Positions 18,659-27,667 of a DNA stretch of 64,000 nt are shown here, piece after piece. The stretch is taken from positions 1 through 64,000 of the forward strand of contig JBGAGQ010000022.1 of NCBI GenBank assembly GCA_044226625.1, written 5' to 3'. Numbering within the stretch: the stretch's first letter is position 1; each line of letters opens with the position of its first letter. The position numbers and the translations under genes are program-made. This DNA is from Thermoanaerobaculia bacterium (GTDB lineage: Bacteria > Acidobacteriota > Thermoanaerobaculia > Multivoradales > UBA5704). The notes under the pieces were generated by a model. It did no database searches. It was not told the DNA's origin and was given only the letters and a program-made list of their open reading frames with translations.

Positions 18659-19132
18659 ATGGGGGCGATGATGATTTCGCGGATCCTCCGGTCGGCACGT
18701 CCGGACGAGGCGGACCAGCTGGTGGAGCTCCAACTTCGGATGGCCGAGGAGACCGAGGGGCTGGCCCTGGATCCCGACGTCATCGGGCGTGGCGTCCGGG
18801 CGGTGTTCGACGATCCGCGACGCGGGGGCTATCACGTGGCCGAGGAGGGGGGGCGGATCATCGGCATGCTCCTCACGACCCCGGAGTGGAGCGATTGGCG
18901 GGCCGGCTGGGTTCTTTGGATTCAGTCGGTCTACGTCGTTCCGGAAGCGCGCGGGACGGGCGTCTTCGCCGACCTCTACGCCCGGCAGAAGCGCCGAGTG
19001 GAGGAGGATCCGGAGCTTTGCGGCCTCCGCCTCTACGTCGACCGCCGGAACCCGGGAGCCGCCGCGGTTTATCAACGTCTCGGCATGAGCCGTGAGCATT
19101 ACGAGATGTTCGAGTGGCTGAAGGACGGTTGA
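18659..19132 (+). CDS. GNAT family N-acetyltransferase
   Basis: 'WIQSVYVVPEARGTGVF' motif A; 'N..A..VYQRLGM'. Confidence 0.9.
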   Translation: MGAMMISRILRSARPDEADQLVELQLRMAEETEGLALDPDVIGRGVRAVFDDPRRGGYHVAEEGGRIIGMLLTTPEWSDWRAGWVLWIQSVYVVPEARGTGVFADLYARQKRRVEEDPELCGLRLYVDRRNPGAAAVYQRLGMSREHYEMFEWLKDG

Positions 19133-19138
19133 CCGGCG

Positions 19139-19522
19139 ATGGTAAAAAGGCGGCGTCGGGCGGGATTCACGCTGATCGAGGTGGTGGTCGGCCTGGCGCT
19201 GCTCGGGATCGCCACGCTCGTCGGGCTCCTGGCGCTCGAACAGTCGCAGCTCGCCGTCGAACGGTTGGAGGCCCGTCACCGCGCGCTCGGCGAGATCGAG
19301 GCCACGCTCGAAGCGGTGCGCTCGGGGGGCATTCCGCTGGCCTCCGGCCCCGTCGTTCCGAGTCTCGAGACGACCCCCGGCCGTGAGCGCGGATTGCTCG
19401 TCTTCCTCGACGTCCAACCGACCGGGACGGCCGATCTCTATCAGGTCGCGGCGACCGCCCGCTGGTTGCTCCGCGGTCGGCCGGAAACCCATCGCGTCGA
19501 GACGATGGTCTACCGGCCGTGA
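19139..19522 (+). CDS. prepilin-type N-terminal cleavage/methylation protein (minor pilin/pseudopilin)
   Basis: 'KRRRRAG|FTLIEVVV' class III signal peptide. Confidence 0.85.
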   Translation: MVKRRRRAGFTLIEVVVGLALLGIATLVGLLALEQSQLAVERLEARHRALGEIEATLEAVRSGGIPLASGPVVPSLETTPGRERGLLVFLDVQPTGTADLYQVAATARWLLRGRPETHRVETMVYRP

Positions 19523-20070
19523 GCGACCCGCAACGCGCGGAGCGGCGACCTCGGTCGAAAGCCGCCGGCTTTTCGCTCGTCGAGCTCCTGGTCGCCCTTG
19601 CGATCCTCTTGATCGCGCTTTCCATAGCCGCCGAGATCGGAATCCGAGCGCGCGCTCTCCTCGCACGGTCGGTGCGCGACGCTCGCCGGCCGCCGATCGC
19701 CGCGACGCTAGCTCGCATACGCGACGACATCGCTCAGGCCGAGCGGTTCGATCCGGCCGCAGCGGATCCCATCTGGGGCTGGACCTTCGATCCCCTGGTC
19801 CTCCGCTCCTCAAGCGGTACCGTGATCTATCGAGTCGCCGGGTCGACGCTCGAGAGGGCGACGGTGGACTCCACCGGGCGCGAGGCGGGGCGCCTGGATC
19901 TGGTGCGGGACGGCGCATCATGGCGCTGGCGCGCGTTCGGCGACAGCTTGGTCGAGATCTCGGTCGGATACCTCGCCGAGCCGGGTGCGCCCGGAGCGGC
20001 CGGCCGGGTCGTGCGCCGAGAGTCGCTTCGCGTCGCCCTGCGGGGCGCGCCGGGACGGTGGGGATGGTGA
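19519..20070 (+). CDS. prepilin-type N-terminal cleavage/methylation protein (minor pilin/pseudopilin)
   Basis: 'KAAG|FSLVELLVAL'; GTGA overlap with the previous stop. Confidence 0.8.
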   Translation: MSDPQRAERRPRSKAAGFSLVELLVALAILLIALSIAAEIGIRARALLARSVRDARRPPIAATLARIRDDIAQAERFDPAAADPIWGWTFDPLVLRSSSGTVIYRVAGSTLERATVDSTGREAGRLDLVRDGASWRWRAFGDSLVEISVGYLAEPGAPGAAGRVVRRESLRVALRGAPGRWGW

Positions 20071-20528
20071 GCTCAGCCTTTTCCTGGGGCATCGCCCGGC
20101 CCTCCCGGGGATGCCGGCGGCATCGACCACCCGAGAATGTCCCCGGCGGGGAGCGCGAGGCGGGTTCAGCGGTCGCGCTCGCCTTGATGCTGCTGCTCGT
20201 CCTGGGGCTCGCACTCGCGATCCTTTCCGAAGGGGTGGTCGCTCGGATGCGCGAAGAACAGCGAGAGACGCGATCGGTGCGATTGTCGGCGGCCTGCGAC
20301 GCGGCGCTCGCGATGACCTTGGCGGGGCTCGCCTCGGCGCCGACCTACCCTGGATTTCCCGCTCGCCCTTTCGGCGGCGGCACGATCGAGAGCGAGGTCG
20401 CGCCGGGCACCTCGGGCCTTCGGGTCGTCGCCCGGGCGGAGCTCGGAGGCGCTTCGAGGCAGATCGAAGCCGAGGTCGCTTTCTCGAGCGGCCGTCCTTG
20501 GGTCGTGCGGTGGCGCCGGATTTCGTGA
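20064..20528 (+). CDS. PilX/GspK-like minor pilin (putative)
   Basis: 'EAG|SAVALALMLLLVLGL' pilin-like hydrophobic helix lacking E5; third gene of the pilin trio; start uncertain. Confidence 0.55.
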   Translation: MVSSAFSWGIARPSRGCRRHRPPENVPGGEREAGSAVALALMLLLVLGLALAILSEGVVARMREEQRETRSVRLSAACDAALAMTLAGLASAPTYPGFPARPFGGGTIESEVAPGTSGLRVVARAELGGASRQIEAEVAFSSGRPWVVRWRRIS

Positions 20529-20674
20529 GAGGCGCGCCCGCTCTGCCGCTTTGCGGCAAAAAGAAAGGCCATGTCCCCCCTTGATCCCCGCTGCCGCTCT
20601 GGTACACTGACGTCGCAGTGCGGCATTGCCGCCGCCGAGCCGGACGGTTCCGTAGCCTCTAACGGGAGAACGTC

Positions 20675-22606
20675 ATGTCGACCCAGGATCCCAAGCACCC
20701 CCACGTCAGCGAGCAAGAATCCAGGAAAGTCGCCGAGGCGTCCCGCGAGCAGTGGGAGCGCCCGAGCTTCATGAAGGAGATGTTCCTCGGCAACTTCCGG
20801 CTCGACTTGGTCCATCCGTATCCGCTTCCGGCGCCGGAGCGCCCGGAGTTTGCGGCCTTCTACCACGCGCTCGAGGAGCTGGTGCGAACGGAGGTCGATT
20901 CCGTCGAGATCGACGCCACGGGCGAGTACCCCGACCACGTGGTCGATGGCCTGCGGAAGCTGGGTGCATTCGGCATGAAGATCCCCAAGAAATACGGCGG
21001 CCTCGGGTTCTCGAACCTCGAGTACCAGAAGGTCATGCAGCTGTTCGGCAGCGTGGACGGCAACCTGTCCGCCCTCCTGTCGGCCCATCAATCGATCGGC
21101 GTGCCGCAGCCGCTCAAGACCTTCGGCTCCGAGGCGCTCAAGGAGAAGTACCTGCCGCGTTGCGCCGCGGGCGAGATCTCCGCTTTCGCCCTCACCGAGC
21201 CGAACGTGGGCTCCGACCCTGCCCGGGTGGGGACCACGGCGGTCAAGAGCGCCGACGGCTCCCACTACGTGCTCAACGGCGAGAAGCTCTGGTGCACGAA
21301 CGGCACGATCGCCAAGCTGCTGGTGGTGATGGCGGTCGATCCGAAAACCAAAAAGATCAGCGCTTTCGTCGTCGAGACGGAGTGGGCGGGCGTGAAGGTC
21401 GAGCACCGCTGCCATTTCATGGGCCTCCGGGCACTTGCCAACGCGGTGATTTCGTTCACCGACGTCAAAGTGCCGGTAGAGAACTTGATCGGCGCCGAGG
21501 GCAAGGGACTCAAGATCGCGCTCACAACCTTGAACGACGGACGGTTGTCGATTCCGAACGGTTCCGTCGGCACTGCGAAAACCTGCCTCGAGATCGTCCG
21601 GAAGTGGGCGAACGAGCGAGTGCAGTGGGGCAAACCGGTCGGCAAGCACGAGGCGGTGGCGCACAAGATCGCCGACATGGCCTCGGTCACCTTCGCGATG
21701 GAAGCGATCGCCACCCTCGCCACCCAGATGACCGATCAGGGGGGCTACGACATCCGCTTGGAAGCCGCCGCGTGCAAGGAGTGGAACTCCTGCCGCACCT
21801 GGGAGATCGTGGACGAGACGATGCAGATCCGCGGCGGCCGCGGCTACGAGACGGAGATCTCGCTCGCCAATCGCGGCGAGGAGCCGGTCGGCGTCGAGCG
21901 CATGATGCGCGATTACCGGATCAACAAGATCTTCGAGGGGTCGAGCGAGATCATGCACCTCTTCATGGCGCGTGAAGCGGTCGACAAGCACCTCGAGGTC
22001 GCGGGCGCGATGATCGATCCGGAGAAGAAGCCGGGCGAGAAACTGGCGGAGCTGCCGAAGATCGCCGGTTTCTACGCCGGGTGGTATCCGACCCGCTGGC
22101 TCGGCTGGGGCCACTGGCCCCGCTACGGCGAGTTCGGCGAGCTCGCCACCCATCTTCGCTTCGTCGAGCGGAGCACCCGGCGCCTTTCTCGCCAGGTCTT
22201 CCACGGCATGCTCGTCCACCAGGCGAAGCTGCAGCACAAGCAGGCGTTCCTGTTCCGAATCGTCGACGTCGCCAACGAGATGTTCGCGATGACGGCCGCT
22301 GTCGCCCGGGCTCACGCGATGCGGGAAGCGAATTTGCCCGAGGGCGAGAGCGCGGTCGAGCTCGCCGACCTCTTCTGCCGCGGCGCGCGGCGGAAGATCG
22401 CACGCCTGTTCCGCGACCTCTGGTCGAACGACGACGTGCGGAAGTACAAGATGGCGCTCGCGATCCTCGACGGCCGGCACGCCTGGCTCGAGCGGGGCGG
22501 TCTTGGCGTCTTTAAGACGCTCGAAGCCAAGCGCGCCGCGAAGGCCGAGCGAGGGAACTCGCCGGCCGAAGCGCCGCGCCGCGCGCCGCAGCCGGTCGGG
22601 CGGTAA
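20675..22606 (+). CDS. acyl-CoA dehydrogenase (VLCAD/FadE-like)
   Basis: 'AFALTEPNVGSD', 'LNGEKLWCTNG', 'QIRGGRGY', 'IFEGSSEI'. Confidence 0.95.
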   Translation: MSTQDPKHPHVSEQESRKVAEASREQWERPSFMKEMFLGNFRLDLVHPYPLPAPERPEFAAFYHALEELVRTEVDSVEIDATGEYPDHVVDGLRKLGAFGMKIPKKYGGLGFSNLEYQKVMQLFGSVDGNLSALLSAHQSIGVPQPLKTFGSEALKEKYLPRCAAGEISAFALTEPNVGSDPARVGTTAVKSADGSHYVLNGEKLWCTNGTIAKLLVVMAVDPKTKKISAFVVETEWAGVKVEHRCHFMGLRALANAVISFTDVKVPVENLIGAEGKGLKIALTTLNDGRLSIPNGSVGTAKTCLEIVRKWANERVQWGKPVGKHEAVAHKIADMASVTFAMEAIATLATQMTDQGGYDIRLEAAACKEWNSCRTWEIVDETMQIRGGRGYETEISLANRGEEPVGVERMMRDYRINKIFEGSSEIMHLFMAREAVDKHLEVAGAMIDPEKKPGEKLAELPKIAGFYAGWYPTRWLGWGHWPRYGEFGELATHLRFVERSTRRLSRQVFHGMLVHQAKLQHKQAFLFRIVDVANEMFAMTAAVARAHAMREANLPEGESAVELADLFCRGARRKIARLFRDLWSNDDVRKYKMALAILDGRHAWLERGGLGVFKTLEAKRAAKAERGNSPAEAPRRAPQPVGR

Positions 22607-22620
22607 AAACCTCCGGCGTA

Positions 22621-22651
22621 CTCTCCTGGGGGGGAGGGGCCGGGGTGAGGG
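22621..22651. repeat. single degenerate REP-like element
   Basis: CTCTCCTGGGGGGGAGGGGCCGGGGTGAGGG resembles the REP family found at 33157, 45546 and 57975. Confidence 0.45.
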
Positions 22652-22730
22652 AACAGCATTCCGACATATGATCGGGGCAGCCATTTCGGTCGCCCCGATC
22701 GTCGTTTTGAGGACCCGCCAGGGAGGGAGC

Positions 22731-23723
22731 ATGCTCGCGGTCGCCCCGTATCTACCCGGTTCCGAAGCGAAACCCCGACTCGTCGAGCTTTCCGATCCGG
22801 TGCCGGCGGCGGGCGAGGTGCTCGTCGCGGTCGCCGCGACCGCGTTGAACCACGCCGACCTGCTCCAGCTCAAGGGTACCTATCCTCCGCCGCCAGGTGA
22901 AAGCGAAGTCCCAGGGCTCGAGCTCGCCGGTACGGTCGAAGCTCTGGGCCCCGGCGTCGATCCCTCCGGTCCGTTTCGGATCGGCACGCGCGTCATGGCG
23001 CTGGTCGCCGGTGGGGGGCATGGCGAACGCGCCGCGGTGCCCATCGGCCAGCTCCTGCCGGTCCCCGAAAACCTCACCCTGCTCGAAGCCGCGGCGATCC
23101 CCGAGGCGGCGCTCACTGCCTGGACCAACCTGGTGGTCGAGGGCAAGCTCCATCCCGGCGAGACCGTGGTCGTCACCGGGGCGACCGGTGGCATGGGGAG
23201 CTTCGCGGCCCAGCTCGCCCGCGAGCTCGGCGGCCGAGTGGTTGCGGTCGGCCGCGACCCGGAGCGGCTCGCTCGCCTCCGAGCTCTCGACTTGAAGATC
23301 GACACGGTTTCGATCGACGACGAGCTCGCGACCGCCGTTCGCGAGCTTTCGGGAAACCAGGGAGCGGATTTGCTACTCGATTTCGTCGCCGGTCCGCGAT
23401 TTGGCGAGCGGGTGAATCTGCTCCGCCGTCGGGGCCGTGTGGTGCTGGTCGGCGTCACCGCCGGAGCTCGCGTGTCGATGGACCTTTCGGTCGTCCTGTC
23501 GCGCCGTCTGCGCCTCGTCGGCTCGACGTTGCGGCCGCGCTCACGGGAGGAGAAAACTCAGCTCGTCGCGGGCTTCGCCGAGTTCGGCCTGCCGCGCCTA
23601 GCCGACGGCCGATTGCGGCCGGTGGTCGATCGGGTGCTGCCGTTTTCCGCCGTGACCGATGGCTACGCGGCGCTCGCCGCCGGAGGGGTGTTGGGAAAGA
23701 TCGTGCTCGAGATGGGACGTTGA
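22731..23723 (+). CDS. NAD(P)H-quinone oxidoreductase, MDR/zeta-crystallin (PIG3) family
   Basis: GGAGG RBS; 'LNHADLLQLKGTYPPPPGESEVPGLE'; 'TGATGGMG'; 'GSTLR'; 'GKIVL'. Confidence 0.9.
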   Translation: MLAVAPYLPGSEAKPRLVELSDPVPAAGEVLVAVAATALNHADLLQLKGTYPPPPGESEVPGLELAGTVEALGPGVDPSGPFRIGTRVMALVAGGGHGERAAVPIGQLLPVPENLTLLEAAAIPEAALTAWTNLVVEGKLHPGETVVVTGATGGMGSFAAQLARELGGRVVAVGRDPERLARLRALDLKIDTVSIDDELATAVRELSGNQGADLLLDFVAGPRFGERVNLLRRRGRVVLVGVTAGARVSMDLSVVLSRRLRLVGSTLRPRSREEKTQLVAGFAEFGLPRLADGRLRPVVDRVLPFSAVTDGYAALAAGGVLGKIVLEMGR

Positions 23724-23780
23724 GGTTCGGGGCAGGTTCAACTGTTTTCGTCGGAGACAGGTTTCGAGAGGAGACGGCCC

Positions 23781-24134
23781 ATGTTCAAAGGATTCCGAGA
23801 GTTCCTGAAACGAGGTAACGTGCTCGATCTGGCGATCGGCTTGATGATCGCGAACGCCTTCGGTCCGATCGCGAAGTCACTCGTCGACGACGTGATCATG
23901 CCGCCGATCGGCCTCCTGCTCGGCGGCGTCAATTTCACCAACCTGTTCCTCACGTTGAAGCAGGGAACGATCCCCGGTCCCTATCCGACGCTTGAAGCCG
24001 CCAAGGCCGCCGGCGCCGTGACGATGAACCTCGGCCTGTTCGTCAACTCACTGGTCACCTTCGTCATCATCGCCTTCGTCGCCTACATGCTCGCGAAGGC
24101 GTTCCATCGCGAGGAGCAGAACAAGCCGGCGTAG
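23781..24134 (+). CDS. mscL: large-conductance mechanosensitive channel
   Basis: 'FREFLKRGNVLDLAIG', 'SLVDDVIMPPIG', 'GLFVNSLVTFVIIAF'. Confidence 0.95.
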   Translation: MFKGFREFLKRGNVLDLAIGLMIANAFGPIAKSLVDDVIMPPIGLLLGGVNFTNLFLTLKQGTIPGPYPTLEAAKAAGAVTMNLGLFVNSLVTFVIIAFVAYMLAKAFHREEQNKPA

Positions 24135-24201
24135 GGGGTGCGACGGCACCGACGAGACGGTTCCCAGCCAGCGCCGTCGAGGGACCTCTGGCGGGTGGGG
24201 C

Positions 24202-24612
24202 TCAGTCAGCTTTCGTCTCCCCCCCCTCGTCAGCACCGGCCTTCTTTTCCTTTGCCGCCTCGCGTCGGCCGATCCGCCGGAAAGCTCGTTCGAGGCGGTC
24301 GATCTCCTCGTCCGAAAGCTCGTCGAGATCGACCAGCCCGGAGCGGGCTTCCTGGACCGCGACGAGGAGTTCGTTGATCTTCAGGTGCAAGGCCTTCGAG
24401 TCGTGGTTCTGGGTGTTCTGGATCAGGAAGACCATGAGGAAGGTGATGATCGTGGTCCCCGTGTTGATCACCAGCTGCCAGGTCTCGGAAAAGCCGAACG
24501 CGGGTCCCGAAAGGGCCCAGAGCACCACGAGCGATACCGCGGAAATGAAGGCCCACGGCGACCCCAGGATGACCGACGCTTTGCGCGCCGCTCTACGGAA
24601 CAACTCATTCAT
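24202..24612 (-). CDS. low-affinity iron permease family protein
   Basis: 'FSETWQLVINTGTTIITFLMVFLIQNTQN.D..ALHLKINEL' signature. Confidence 0.9.
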   Translation of the reverse strand: MNELFRRAARKASVILGSPWAFISAVSLVVLWALSGPAFGFSETWQLVINTGTTIITFLMVFLIQNTQNHDSKALHLKINELLVAVQEARSGLVDLDELSDEEIDRLERAFRRIGRREAAKEKKAGADEGGETKAD

Positions 24613-24801
24613 GGACGGGTCTCCTTTGGCCTACGGTCCTCGACAGCACGCTGGGAGCGCGCCGAAGGTAGGGCCGGGTGCATGTTAATGAAGTGCCTGG
24701 TGCTTGTGGGGCCGATTCATCTCAGGGCACGGCTCGGGCTACACTTCAGCCCGTTTTCGAAACCTGGGGCCAGCGCGCCCCTCATCCGAGGAGAGTCGAC
24801 C

Positions 24802-24966
24802 ATGAAGAAGTCCGTCGCCCCGATCAAGCTGCATCGCGAAACGCTCCGCCTGCTCGTCGCCCTGCCCACCGACGGCGCCAAGGCGGTCGCCGGCACGCAT
24901 TACGAGACGATCTGCGATCCGGCCACCTGCGACACCCAGACGAACAACACGAACGCTGCGCTGTAG
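24802..24966 (+). CDS. 54-aa putative RiPP (lanthipeptide-like) precursor peptide
   Basis: GAGGAG RBS; leader MKKSVAPIKLHRETLRLL...KAVAG; Thr/Cys-rich core THYETICDPATCDTQTNNTNAAL. Confidence 0.7.
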   Translation: MKKSVAPIKLHRETLRLLVALPTDGAKAVAGTHYETICDPATCDTQTNNTNAAL

Positions 24967-25268
24967 TCCTTCGTCAGCGGAAGGCGCACCCGAGAAGCCG
25001 AGCGCGGGGTTCGAGGCGCGACCGGAGTCCGCGGGTGCGCTTCCCGCGCCGCCTCCGCGTGGATCTCCGTTTTCTCGCCCCGGGGTTGACCGGAACCTCC
25101 AGGGTCTTACACCCGCCGACAGGTGGACGGGACACCCTGGGCAGGGCGGCAGAGGGGGCAAAAACGCACTCGACGGTGCCATCGGACAGGCGGAAGGGAC
25201 ACCATATGGACCGCGAAGTGCTCCTCTTGGGACAGCAGAGCAGAAACCAGAGTTGCTCCAATCTCCCT

Positions 25269-25478
25269 CTACCCAACAACTTCGATCCCGATGAGTCTGT
25301 CCCCGTCACAGAAATCGAGGTTGACGTCCGGCCCCACGTACTCATGCATTAGCTCTCGCAGGCTAACGCTCTTCTTTACGATTCCGGGTGCTGTTCCCGG
25401 GTGTCCCGGCAACCTGAGGTACGCGACACCTCGATCGTCCTCGCTCACTCTGAGTTCGAACTCCTCGTTGCTTTCCAT
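25269..25478 (-). CDS. DUF2283-like small protein (possible immunity/antitoxin)
   Basis: 'D..VAYLRL...LDF.DGDRLIGIEV' pattern. Confidence 0.65.
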   Translation of the reverse strand: MESNEEFELRVSEDDRGVAYLRLPGHPGTAPGIVKKSVSLRELMHEYVGPDVNLDFCDGDRLIGIEVVG

Positions 25479-25481
25479 CAG

Positions 25482-26036
25482 CTACCTCGCAGTCAATATC
25501 GTCTTCAGATTCGCAGTCCCGTTGGGTGCGAGTTGATAGACCGCCAGACCATTGTTTCCTACCGGGACGAGGAATCGGTCCGCCCGAGCGGTATCGACCA
25601 AGGTCCCCACCGGAAACGTCCCAGAGTCTGTGATTTGCCTGGTCAGGCCTCCCTCCTGCAGCTCGGCGAAAGGAAGCGCGGCCCGGAGCCCGACCGGCCC
25701 GAAACCCGCCGCCACGCGCTGGGCGACCGGAGAACCCTCTCGCCGGTCGGCGCGCACCGCCGACTTGAGCGTCCCGACCGGCACTTCGTAGAGCGCCGCG
25801 ACGTGCGCTTGCGATCAGCAATGCCGTTCGAGCGCCTGACGGTTCGCGATCGTCGGTTCGATCCCTTCGCAGCAGGTCTTCCGCTCCCCTTCCGAGGGGT
25901 ACCAGAGGCCCTCCTTCCACTCGCCCGCCGGATGGCTCAGACGACTGCTTCGGGCGTAGAACTCCTCGACCGCGAGCCGAAGGCGCTCGGACCGGGCAAG
26001 GCCGGCGAAGTCGGGAGGTGGAGCAGGGAGCGTCAT
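25482..26036 (-). pseudogene. interrupted hypothetical gene (in-frame TGA at 25815-25817), possibly fused to a toxin C-terminal remnant
   Basis: ORFs 26036-25815 and 25784-25482 are in the same frame; the translation runs ...QALERHC*SQAHVAALYEVP... Confidence 0.55.
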
Positions 26037-26172
26037 GCTCGGTCGGAACTAAGGTGGCGCAGAGGGTTTCTTTTGGGGGTCAACCCGAGCCATTGAGTCG
26101 TCGAATCCGGTAAAATAGTACTCCCAGTAGTTGAAAGCGGCAACTAGGGTCCGTCGTTGCAGTCAGGTCGAC

Positions 26173-26201
26173 TTGACAGAATATGCGTCAACCCTTACAG
26201 T
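26173..26201 (+). promoter_or_regulatory. sigma70-type promoter with overlapping palindromic operator
   Basis: TTGACA (26173) - 17 bp - TACAGT (26196); inverted repeat TTGAC-N9-GTCAA at 26173-26191. Confidence 0.65.
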
Positions 26202-26208
26202 TTGTTTT

Positions 26209-27366
26209 GTGAAATTACATGGATTCAATCTGACATTTTCGGTCGCCCGGCTGGTGGTAGTCGTCCTACTCGCGACACCTTCTCCCGGTCACTCCGTTGC
26301 GAAGCGCTCGGCCCCGATCACGCCGCTCCCCTCGAAACCGGCGGCTCAGAGCCAGGAGCCGCCGACGATCCAGGTCGTTTCGGAGCGGACCCTCCCTCCC
26401 GAGCTAACCAAGGCGACCGATGTCCGCTGGGCGAGCGATCGATCGGTCTATCTTGCGCTGCGAGCTCACGGGGTGGTCGAGGTTCCGCTGGGCGCGACCT
26501 CGGCGTCGGTGATCTCGGCGGCGTCGGCTAGAAAAGTCGTCCCCGGCCGCGAAGAGACGGGAGGGTTCTGGTACGCGACGCTGATCGGCGCTTCGCCTCG
26601 AAGAATGGTCGTCGGCGCCCCAGCCATGACGATCGCCGCGGTCGACCTGGAAACGAAGCGCCGAAGGGACGAGGCCTTCGATGCGATCCATGCCCTCGAC
26701 GTGATGGACGATCGCCTGCTAATCCTCGGGATGCGCCGAGATCCGATAGAGCGGAAAGTCGGCACGGATGGTGCCATCGCCTGGCTTGGCCCGGTGGATC
26801 GTGCCTTCGACGACCTGAAACCGGTGACGTACGACGCGACGGGTCCGGGCATCCGCAACATGGTGCTCTGCGGATCCGTCCGGATGGGCGGCGTCCGCTT
26901 TCTCGCGGATGGACGTTTTGTGGTCGTGCCCGGTGTACAGCCAGGCATCCAACTGTACGACCGTGACGGCCGTCTGCTCCGCGGATGGGATTCGGGGGAG
27001 TTGGGGATCGATTCCGATTGCGGGGCTTTGAGCGCCGAGGAGTCTCAAGCCCTGTCCCTGTCGATCGAGCGCCGCGAAGATTGGATCAATCGGCGCCGGA
27101 CGGTCGATTCGGTGCTCCCGCTGCCGGAAGGGCCGGGTCTGGTCGTGCGGTCGCTCGATGGCGGTCGCCTGCGGTGGGATCTTTGGGTGCTCAAGGAAAA
27201 GAGCGCGCCCTCAAAGCATCGCCTGCCGATCGACACGGACGGAGTGCACTTTCACCTGCGAGGAGATTTTCGTGCCGGCAAGATGATCTTCCTCTTGTCC
27301 GAAGAGAGATCCAAAGACGAAAAGTACCCGGCACCGCGGCTCGTCATCGCGTTACCCCCCGCTTGA
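26209..27366 (+). CDS. exported beta-propeller-like hypothetical protein
   Basis: N-terminal hydrophobic segment; blade-like repeats 'ATDVRWASDRSVYLA', 'GVRFLADGRFVVV', 'IQLYDRDGRLLR'; GTG 26209 preferred over TTG 26131 because of the promoter position. Confidence 0.6.
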   Translation: MKLHGFNLTFSVARLVVVVLLATPSPGHSVAKRSAPITPLPSKPAAQSQEPPTIQVVSERTLPPELTKATDVRWASDRSVYLALRAHGVVEVPLGATSASVISAASARKVVPGREETGGFWYATLIGASPRRMVVGAPAMTIAAVDLETKRRRDEAFDAIHALDVMDDRLLILGMRRDPIERKVGTDGAIAWLGPVDRAFDDLKPVTYDATGPGIRNMVLCGSVRMGGVRFLADGRFVVVPGVQPGIQLYDRDGRLLRGWDSGELGIDSDCGALSAEESQALSLSIERREDWINRRRTVDSVLPLPEGPGLVVRSLDGGRLRWDLWVLKEKSAPSKHRLPIDTDGVHFHLRGDFRAGKMIFLLSEERSKDEKYPAPRLVIALPPA

Positions 27367-27391
27367 ACGACCTGTTCCAAGGAGAAAGACC

Positions 27392-27667
27392 ATGCGCAAT
27401 CGAATGGTTTGGATGGTATTGGGAGCGACCCTGCTAACCCTGGCGCTCGCGGGCTCCGCTTCGGCTGATTGTTATACCTATGCCTCGTCGGTGGTCTACG
27501 CCTATGCCCCCTACGAGTATGCCTGCATCGGGGGTGGAGGAACCTGTCGAGAGTGCGGTCAATACAACAATGGCGGCTATGGTTTCATGATCTGCTGGGA
27601 TGCCGGCCCTGGATCACCGAACGTGATCTGCGTGGACTATCAGGGAACAATGGGATTCGGCTTCTGA
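27392..27667 (+). CDS. small secreted cysteine/tyrosine-rich protein
   Basis: AAGGAG RBS; Sec signal ending ASA|D; 66-aa mature part with 6 Cys and 9 Tyr. Confidence 0.8.
   Translation: MRNRMVWMVLGATLLTLALAGSASADCYTYASSVVYAYAPYEYACIGGGGTCRECGQYNNGGYGFMICWDAGPGSPNVICVDYQGTMGFGF

Noticed and set aside
25815-25817. Selenocysteine recoding of the in-frame TGA (Cys-TGA)
   Set aside because: No convincing SECIS hairpin was seen downstream. A CGA>TGA transition is simpler; an alignment of homologs would settle it.
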